The translations under genes were made by a program, and so were the position numbers. Source: Actinomycetota bacterium (GTDB lineage Bacteria; Actinomycetota; JAHEXW01). From it: DNA of 64,000 nucleotides. The notes beneath the pieces were generated by a model. The model was not told the DNA's origin, did not search any database, and saw only the letters and a program-made list of their open reading frames with translations. The stretch spans positions 344,299-408,298 of the forward strand of contig JBAZZW010000002.1 in the NCBI GenBank assembly GCA_041658625.1. Direction: 5' to 3'. Each line of letters begins with the position of its first letter. Positions within the stretch are counted from its first letter, which is position 1. Positions 58,596-64,000 of the stretch are shown one piece after another.

Positions 58596-59681
58596 TTGAA
58601 CATTGTCAGATTGAAGACTCGACAAATCAATATCGGCGGTGTAACGGTCGGCGGCAACGCCCCTGTCCGCGTTCAATCCATGACCAACACCAAGACCGCC
58701 GACGTCGAGAAAACGCTCAAGCAGATCAAACGGTTGGAGAAAGCGGGCTGCGAGTTGATCCGCGTTTCGGTGCCTGACGAACAATCGGGCAACGCGATTA
58801 AGGACATAAAGCCCGACATGAAGGTTCCGCTTATCGCCGACGTTCATTTCGACTGGCGGATGGCCATACTGGCCATGCAAAACGGCGCGGACTGCGTCCG
58901 GATAAATCCCGGCAACATGCGAGACCAGGATATATCGGCGGTGGCCGCGGAGGCTAAGAAACTCGACAAAGCCATGCGCGTCGGCGTCAACGCCGGCTCA
59001 ATCAGGGAAGACATCCTTAAGAAACACGGCCACCCGACGCCGGAGGCTCTAGTGGAAAGCGCGGTCGCCGCGTCCGCCGTTCTGGAGAAGGCCGGCTTTA
59101 ACGAGTTCAAGATATCCGTCAAAGCCAGCTCGCCGACCTCGACCATTGACGCCTATCGGCTGCTATCGAAGCAATCCGAATACCCGCTTCACATCGGCGT
59201 AAGCGAGGCCGGTCCTTTTGTCTCCGGGACTGTCAAATCGTCGGTAGGTTTGGGAATTCTCCTCTCTGAAGGCATCGGGGACACAATGCGTGTTTCCTTG
59301 ACGGCCGATCCCGTGGACGAGGTGTTTATCGCCAGGGAGATCTTGTCGTCGCTGGGTTTGATTAAGAAACTAGACATTATCTCCTGCCCGACCTGCGCCC
59401 GGACAAGTTTTGACTTAATCGAACTGGTCAGGGACGTCGAGGAAGAGCTTGGCAAGGGCGATTATCCGCCTATCACGGTGGCCATAATGGGATGCGTTGT
59501 GAACGGACCGGGCGAAGCCAGGGAAGCAGATATAGGCCTGGCGGCGGGTAAGGGCAAGGGAGCGATTTTTAAGAACGGTGAGGTAGTTCGCACGGTCAAT
59601 GAAGACGATTACCTCGACGAATTAATGCGCGAGATAGATATAATAAAGCGGGATTATAAAGAAAACGACTGGCAACACTAA
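58596..59681 (+). CDS. ispG: 4-hydroxy-3-methylbut-2-enyl diphosphate synthase
   Basis: VRVQSMTNT…CPTCAR…GCVVNGPGE 4Fe-4S cysteines. TTG start. Confidence 0.95.
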   Translation: MNIVRLKTRQINIGGVTVGGNAPVRVQSMTNTKTADVEKTLKQIKRLEKAGCELIRVSVPDEQSGNAIKDIKPDMKVPLIADVHFDWRMAILAMQNGADCVRINPGNMRDQDISAVAAEAKKLDKAMRVGVNAGSIREDILKKHGHPTPEALVESAVAASAVLEKAGFNEFKISVKASSPTSTIDAYRLLSKQSEYPLHIGVSEAGPFVSGTVKSSVGLGILLSEGIGDTMRVSLTADPVDEVFIAREILSSLGLIKKLDIISCPTCARTSFDLIELVRDVEEELGKGDYPPITVAIMGCVVNGPGEAREADIGLAAGKGKGAIFKNGEVVRTVNEDDYLDELMREIDIIKRDYKENDWQH

Positions 59682-59745
59682 AGATTTCCTCTCCCCTACG
59701 GGGAGAGGATTAAGGTGAGGGGACCAAGCCCCACAAGGAGCGCAT

Positions 59746-61197
59746 GTGACCGATCTAACTATAGATGAGAAGATGCCCGAGAAGCTGACCAAGAAGAGTC
59801 AGAATATGTCCCGCTGGTACACAGACGTCATCAGGATGGCTAAACTGGCCGACTATGCGCCCGTCAAGGGCTGTATGGTTATCATGCCGTACGGTTTCGC
59901 TCTGTGGGAGAACGTCAGGGACGCGCTGGACAGCCGCATCAAGGAAACCGGCCACGTAAACGCGTATTTCCCGCTCCTCATTCCGGAGAGTCTCCTCCAA
60001 AAAGAGGCCGAGCACGTGGAAGGCTTTGCGCCGGAGGTCGCCTGGGTGACGGTCGGGGGCGGGGAAGTGCTGGAAGAGCGCCTGGCCATCAGACCGACCA
60101 GCGAAGCTATTATATGCTCAATGTACAGCAAATGGATCAGGAGCTACCGCGACCTGCCGGTCCTAATCAATCAGTGGGCCAATATCCTTCGTTGGGAGAA
60201 GGTCACGCGGCTATTCCTGAGGACAACGGAGTTTCTCTGGCAAGAAGGGCACACTGTGCACGCTACGGCCGAAGAGGCCGAAGCCGAGGCTTTGAAAATG
60301 CTCGACGTCTACCGGGAGTTTGCCGAGAACGTCCTGGCCATGCCGGTACTGGTCGGCCTCAAATCGGAATCGGAGAAATTCGCCGGCGCGTCAACGACCT
60401 ACGCAATAGAGGCTTTGATGAGCGACGGGAAGGCTTTGCAGGCCGGCACCTCGCACGACCTGGGCCAGCATTTCGCCAAGGCCTTTGATATCAAGTTCCT
60501 GGACAAGGACGAAACCGAGAAGTTCGGCTGGCAAACGTCATGGGGCGTATCAACGCGGTTGATCGGAGGATTGGTCATGACGCACGGCGACGACGCGGGC
60601 TTGATCATGCCGCCTCGCATCGCGCCCGTCCAAGCTGTAATCGTGCCGATATGGGACGACACCAACAAAGAGGCGGTCGGGGCGGTCGCCAACGCTTTAA
60701 AGGACGCGCTGAGTAAGAAGTTTCGTGTAGAAGCGGACCTTCGCGACGAGTACAGACCGGGCTGGAAATTCAATGAACACGAGCTTCGCGGTGTACCTCT
60801 GCGAATTGAAATCGGTCCCAAAGACATAGAGAAAGACCAGGTTGTAGTGGTTAGACGGGACACCAAAGAAAAGATATTCATACCTCAGGCACAACTTGAA
60901 TGTGAGGTTGAGCGTTTACTGGAGGAAATCCAGCAATCTCTATACGCAAAGGCCTTAATATTCCAGAAGGAGAATACATTCAAAGTAAAAACGCTGGACG
61001 AGATGAAGAACGTGATGCGACAAACGCGCGGATTCATGGACGCGCACTGGTGTGAGTGTCCCGAGTGCGAGGATAAGGTCAAAGCAGAAACCAAAGCGAC
61101 CATACGGGTGCTGCCGTTCAACGAAGAGCAGACGGATGGAAAGTGCGCAGTCTGCGGAAAACCGGGAAGGCGAGCAATCTTTGCCCAAGCATATTAA
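59746..61197 (+). CDS. proS: prolyl-tRNA synthetase (archaeal/eukaryote-like short form)
   Basis: 483 aa. Class II motifs 1-3, C-terminal zinc motif CAVCGKPG…. Confidence 0.93.
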   Translation: MTDLTIDEKMPEKLTKKSQNMSRWYTDVIRMAKLADYAPVKGCMVIMPYGFALWENVRDALDSRIKETGHVNAYFPLLIPESLLQKEAEHVEGFAPEVAWVTVGGGEVLEERLAIRPTSEAIICSMYSKWIRSYRDLPVLINQWANILRWEKVTRLFLRTTEFLWQEGHTVHATAEEAEAEALKMLDVYREFAENVLAMPVLVGLKSESEKFAGASTTYAIEALMSDGKALQAGTSHDLGQHFAKAFDIKFLDKDETEKFGWQTSWGVSTRLIGGLVMTHGDDAGLIMPPRIAPVQAVIVPIWDDTNKEAVGAVANALKDALSKKFRVEADLRDEYRPGWKFNEHELRGVPLRIEIGPKDIEKDQVVVVRRDTKEKIFIPQAQLECEVERLLEEIQQSLYAKALIFQKENTFKVKTLDEMKNVMRQTRGFMDAHWCECPECEDKVKAETKATIRVLPFNEEQTDGKCAVCGKPGRRAIFAQAY

Positions 61198-61206
61198 GCT
61201 CAAGAT

Positions 61207-61302
61207 AAATAGACTCGCATGCTGCTCGCGATCTACCATCGTTAGTGCTTTGGGGTCAGGCCCTTTCTTCTTAAGTGATAGGGCCTGACCCCATGTTTCA
61301 AG
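61207..61302 (+). repeat. ~95-nt direct repeat with 12-bp-stem hairpin (copy A, 3' of proS)
   Basis: AAATAGACTCGCATGC…CTACCATCGTT…GGGGTCAGGCCC-(17 nt)-GGGCCTGACCCC-ATGTTTCAAG. Near-identical copy at 62008-62122. Confidence 0.85.
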
Positions 61303-61316
61303 AAAAGCATTGGTTT

Positions 61317-61324
61317 GCCGATAA
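61317..61324 (+). promoter_or_regulatory. GCCGATAA motif upstream of the GT2 gene
   Basis: Exact 8-mer 27 nt before ATG 61351. Confidence 0.25.
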
Positions 61325-61350
61325 ACCCTTCGATAAAGGATAATCAGAGC

Positions 61351-61998
61351 ATGAAAGTAATCGTGATCATTCCGGCATATAACGAAGCGGAGAGGATCGG
61401 AGCCGTCATCGGCGCCGCTAAGGCCTGCCGGGAGGTTGACGATATCCTGGTAGTTGATGACGGAAGCAAGGATGATACCGTAGAGGCGGCCAAGGAATAC
61501 GGCGTAAACGTACTGGCTTTGTCTCACAACATAGGCAAAGGCGGGGCAATGTGGTCCGCGATCATGGCCACGGACGCTGACGTGGTCGTTTTTATAGACG
61601 CCGACCTGCAGGGATTACGCCCCAAACACCTAGCGGCATTGATCCGGCCGATGCGGGAAGACGAAACCCTGGACATGACGGCCGGCCGTTTTACAGGCGG
61701 CCGCATGGCAACCGACATGTCGCAGAAGTTCATGCCCAGCATAAACAGCCAGCGTGCCATCAAACGATCTCTCTTGCTGAAGGTCCCCGACTTTAGTAAA
61801 TCCAGGTTCGGCGTTGAAACAATTATTAATGAATATATCAAGAAAAACGGGGCCAACGTCCTGGAAGTGCAGCTGGCGGGCGTTTCTCATGTTATGAAAG
61901 AAGAGAAAGACGGCCTTGTCAAAGGCGCTTCTGAACGCGCGAAAATGTACGGAGACATAATTAAGTCAAAGGTCAAGAAACAAGAACCTAAGAAATAG
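61351..61998 (+). CDS. family 2 glycosyltransferase (Dpm1/GpgS-like)
   Basis: MKVIVIIPAYNEAERI…VVDDGSKDDT…FIDADLQ (DxD). ATG 61351 after AAAGGA. The track ORF begins at 61315. Confidence 0.8.
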   Translation: MKVIVIIPAYNEAERIGAVIGAAKACREVDDILVVDDGSKDDTVEAAKEYGVNVLALSHNIGKGGAMWSAIMATDADVVVFIDADLQGLRPKHLAALIRPMREDETLDMTAGRFTGGRMATDMSQKFMPSINSQRAIKRSLLLKVPDFSKSRFGVETIINEYIKKNGANVLEVQLAGVSHVMKEEKDGLVKGASERAKMYGDIIKSKVKKQEPKK

Positions 61999-62007
61999 TA
62001 GGGAAAG

Positions 62008-62122
62008 AAATAGACTCGCATGCAGCCTGCCTGCCGCAGGCAGGCTCGCGGCCTACCATCGTTTTTGCTTTGGGGTCAGGCCCTTTCTTCATAAGCGACA
62101 GGGCCTGACCCCGTGTTTCAAG
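62008..62122 (+). repeat. direct repeat copy B (3' of GT2) carrying an inserted 23-nt palindrome
   Basis: Same module as 61207-61302, but with AGCCTGCCTGC-C-GCAGGCAGGCT inserted between GCATGC and CGCG. Confidence 0.85.
62024..62046. repeat. palindrome AGCCTGCCTGCcGCAGGCAGGCT (copy 2 of 3)
   Basis: Perfect 11-1-11 inverted repeat sharing the CCTGCCTGCC…GGCAGGCAGG core with 12499 and 62967. Confidence 0.8.
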
Positions 62123-62331
62123 TCGCAACGCCTTCGCGAACAATGCTCTCCGCTCGTGCGTGATTTGTCTGCATGCACGATATTATAAGTGCTAATTTTT
62201 CCCCCTGGGGGAGAGGAAGGAAACCCAGGGTCGAGGCTCCCGCCCGCCCTCAGTCGAGACTCGCACAACATGGGCGCTCGGCCATACTATTTAAAGACTA
62301 TTTACCGAATATAACTTATAGGATATAATTA

Positions 62332-62670
62332 GTGAAGAAGTGGAAGATTGAGTACTACACAACTGAAGCAGGGCATGTACCGGTTCGTGATTTCATCGAC
62401 GACATGCCAATAAAAGCGAAAGCCAAAACCTTTCACACGTTCGTTCTTATCGAAGAATACGGGCCGTTAGTCGGAGAACCGCACGTCAAGTATCTTGAGA
62501 AGGGTCTGTGGGAGATCCGGATTAGCGCGCTCGAGGGCATTTACAGACTAATGTTCACAACAGTAAAAGGGAAGATTATTATTCTGCTTCATGGATTTCA
62601 AAAGAAATCTCAAAAAACGCCTTTAGGTGAATTAAGGACCGCGAGAGCTAGGTTGCGGGAGGTCAAATGA
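62332..62670 (+). CDS. higB: type II toxin, RelE/ParE superfamily (HigB-like; Gp49/DUF891 family)
   Basis: 112 aa: …GLWEIRISALEGIYRLMFTTVKGKIIILLHGFQKKSQKTP… Toxin-first order with a downstream XRE antitoxin. Confidence 0.8.
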   Translation: MKKWKIEYYTTEAGHVPVRDFIDDMPIKAKAKTFHTFVLIEEYGPLVGEPHVKYLEKGLWEIRISALEGIYRLMFTTVKGKIIILLHGFQKKSQKTPLGELRTARARLREVK

Positions 62671-62945
62671 AAAACTACACGTGGGAAGAACATAAGAAAG
62701 AATTGCTAAAGGATCCCGAATTCTGCCGCGACCTAGAGGCGTGCGAACCGGAATTTGCCTTAGCGCGCGAAATAATTAAAGGTAGGATACAGGCAAGTCT
62801 TACACAGTCGGAATTGGCCAAGAAAGCGGAAACCAGCCAGGTCGTGATATCCCGCCTCGAAAATGGGCGAATGAATCCATCGGTTAACCTGCTCAAACGG
62901 GTTGCCAAAGGTCTCGGCAAACATATCTCAATCTCTTTTAAATAG
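62667..62945 (+). CDS. higA: HTH-XRE family antitoxin (HigA-like)
   Basis: 92 aa: …LTQSELAKKAETSQVVISRLENGRMNPSVNLLKRVAKGLG. 4-nt overlap with the toxin gene. Confidence 0.8.
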   Translation: MKNYTWEEHKKELLKDPEFCRDLEACEPEFALAREIIKGRIQASLTQSELAKKAETSQVVISRLENGRMNPSVNLLKRVAKGLGKHISISFK

Positions 62946-62960
62946 ACGCAACATTGTATT

Positions 62961-63002
62961 CCTCTCCCTGCCTGCCGGCAGGCAGGCCTCGAGAGGGAGA
63001 GG
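62961..63002. repeat. extended hairpin containing the palindrome core (copy 3 of 3)
   Basis: CCTCTCCCT-GCCTGCCGGCAGGCAGG-cctcgag-AGGGAGAGG, immediately 3' of higA after the AAATAGAC motif. Confidence 0.8.
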
Positions 63003-63019
63003 GTAGGGTGAGGGTGAAA

Positions 63020-64000
63020 ATGCGTAAGTTTTTCACGGTCATATTCTTTCTTCTGTTTACTTTACTATTTACCTTCGTTCTGCTGCTTGGCGAACTGAAG
63101 TTCTACGTCCTGACGCCAGCTTTCATCAAAGACCCGATGCGGGAGACGCAAGTCTACAGTAAACTTGTCAAGAATGCCGACGCCTTGACAAGCATCATGC
63201 AAGGCCAGGACCCGGCGATTGAGCAGGGGATCGCACAGATGCCGGAGGCGGCGCAGAAACTATCACAGGCAATGCTGAAATCGGTGGATGAGAAGTGGAT
63301 GGAGAGGGAAGCGGAAAAGGGAATTGACGCGCTTTACGCATACGCGACGACTGACCAGCCGGACGTAAAGATAAGCCTCGACCTGAAAGACTTTAAGACC
63401 AGGTTGCGCAAGAATCTCTACACATACATGCTGGAAGAATATAACAAGTTGCCGGAAGTACCGTTGGAGCAATTCGATCAGCAGATGGCGCAGAAACCAG
63501 GCCAGTTTCCAACCACGCGGCCGGCCGGCTTCACTCTTGAGCAGACTCTAGCCAAAACCGGCCTGAATCCTTTGGACGAGATTATGAAGAACATCCCGGA
63601 CAAGTACGACTCCAGCTTTACTGATAAAAACCAACCCGAAGCTATGGAGGGCCTGGCAGGATTCAAGCAAGTGAAGACCGTGCTTAACGCCCTGAGCATT
63701 ATTTTCTGGGTTTTGCTGGGGGTAATTATCGTCTTCCTCCTACTGTTCGCCAAGCTAACCAGTAGAACACTGTTGGAATTCTTGATGCGTCTAGGCATCT
63801 TCTTATCCGCGGCGCTGGTTCCATTCTTAACATTTGCCATCCTGTGGTATGTGACGACAAACATATTCCTGGTTGAAGGACTGGCTCGCCTAGATTTCCC
63901 GTCGCTGGTGGTCAAGCAGATCGTTGAACCGTTGGCAGCGTACACAGTCGGCCGGGTGTTCATACATCTGTTGGCCTGGTCCGGCGCAATGTCGGTGGTT
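63020..64000 (+). CDS. hypothetical membrane protein (5' partial within window; runs off the end)
   Basis: ATG 63020 after G-rich RBS. MRKFFTVIFFLLFTLLFTFVLLLG N-terminal TM, then C-terminal TMs. No stop before 64000. Confidence 0.5.
   Translation, partial: MRKFFTVIFFLLFTLLFTFVLLLGELKFYVLTPAFIKDPMRETQVYSKLVKNADALTSIMQGQDPAIEQGIAQMPEAAQKLSQAMLKSVDEKWMEREAEKGIDALYAYATTDQPDVKISLDLKDFKTRLRKNLYTYMLEEYNKLPEVPLEQFDQQMAQKPGQFPTTRPAGFTLEQTLAKTGLNPLDEIMKNIPDKYDSSFTDKNQPEAMEGLAGFKQVKTVLNALSIIFWVLLGVIIVFLLLFAKLTSRTLLEFLMRLGIFLSAALVPFLTFAILWYVTTNIFLVEGLARLDFPSLVVKQIVEPLAAYTVGRVFIHLLAWSGAMSVV

Noticed and set aside
59686-59716. Hairpin CCTCTCCCC-tac-GGGGAGAGG after ispG as an intrinsic terminator
   Set aside because: Perfect 9-bp stem but no downstream U-tract. 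It may be a stabilising stem-loop or a weak factor-dependent site. A similar CCCCTGGGGGAGAGG occurs at ~62200. Not confident enough to call a terminator.
61198-63002. CRISPR array
   Set aside because: Repeats here are palindromes or ~95-nt direct repeats separated by whole genes. There are no short regularly spaced repeat-spacer units and no cas genes.

Overview
64 kb window from a high-GC (~58-60%) bacterial chromosome. Gene order is strongly Bacillota (Firmicutes)-like: phoH-yqfF-ybeY-dgkA, hisS-aspS, alaS-ruvX-mltG, yqeG-aroE, xerC-sigD-rpsB-tsf-pyrH-frr-uppS-cdsA-dxr-rseP-(ispG)-proS. Most of the window is core housekeeping on the + strand. Recognisable cis-RNAs: a SAM-I riboswitch in front of metK and a TPP riboswitch in front of a thiM-thiE-thiC-thiL-thiD operon. 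The main accessory content is a type IV pilus locus (about 20.5-31.1 kb): aroE, two tandem PilB ATPases each carrying tandem MshEN-type c-di-GMP-binding motifs, PilT, PilC, a major pilin, a strong terminator, then three pilin-like proteins including a 362-aa pilin-like protein with two FN3-like domains and a 464-aa PilX-like protein. A textbook sigma-28 (FliA/SigD) promoter (TAAAGTTT-N10-GCCGATAA) sits upstream of this operon. A SigD/FliA-family sigma factor gene lies between xerC and rpsB, exactly where Bacillus carries its ~26 kb fla/che operon, but no flagellar genes are present here. I propose that this orphan sigma-28 factor has been rewired to drive type IV pili. Other notable items: an Rv2228c-type RNase H domain fused to a DUF62 SAM hydroxide adenosyltransferase domain, preceded by the conserved COG1579 zinc-ribbon gene; a CNB-domain-regulated class III adenylyl cyclase plus a stand-alone CNB protein; a fused NDP-sugar pyrophosphorylase/phosphomutase followed by a second phosphomutase and a VanW protein; a small islet after proS (GT2 glycosyltransferase, HigB/HigA-like TA pair, membrane protein) decorated with a family of perfect palindromes (CCTGCCTGCCGGCAGGCAGG) and a ~95-bp hairpin-containing direct repeat flanking the GT2 gene; two lipoproteins whose signal peptides exist only if non-canonical start codons are used; and an unexplained 435-bp intergenic region at 12.2-12.6 kb. 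CDS coordinates follow the supplied ORF track. Hand-derived coordinates of non-coding elements are approximate (+/- 2 nt).
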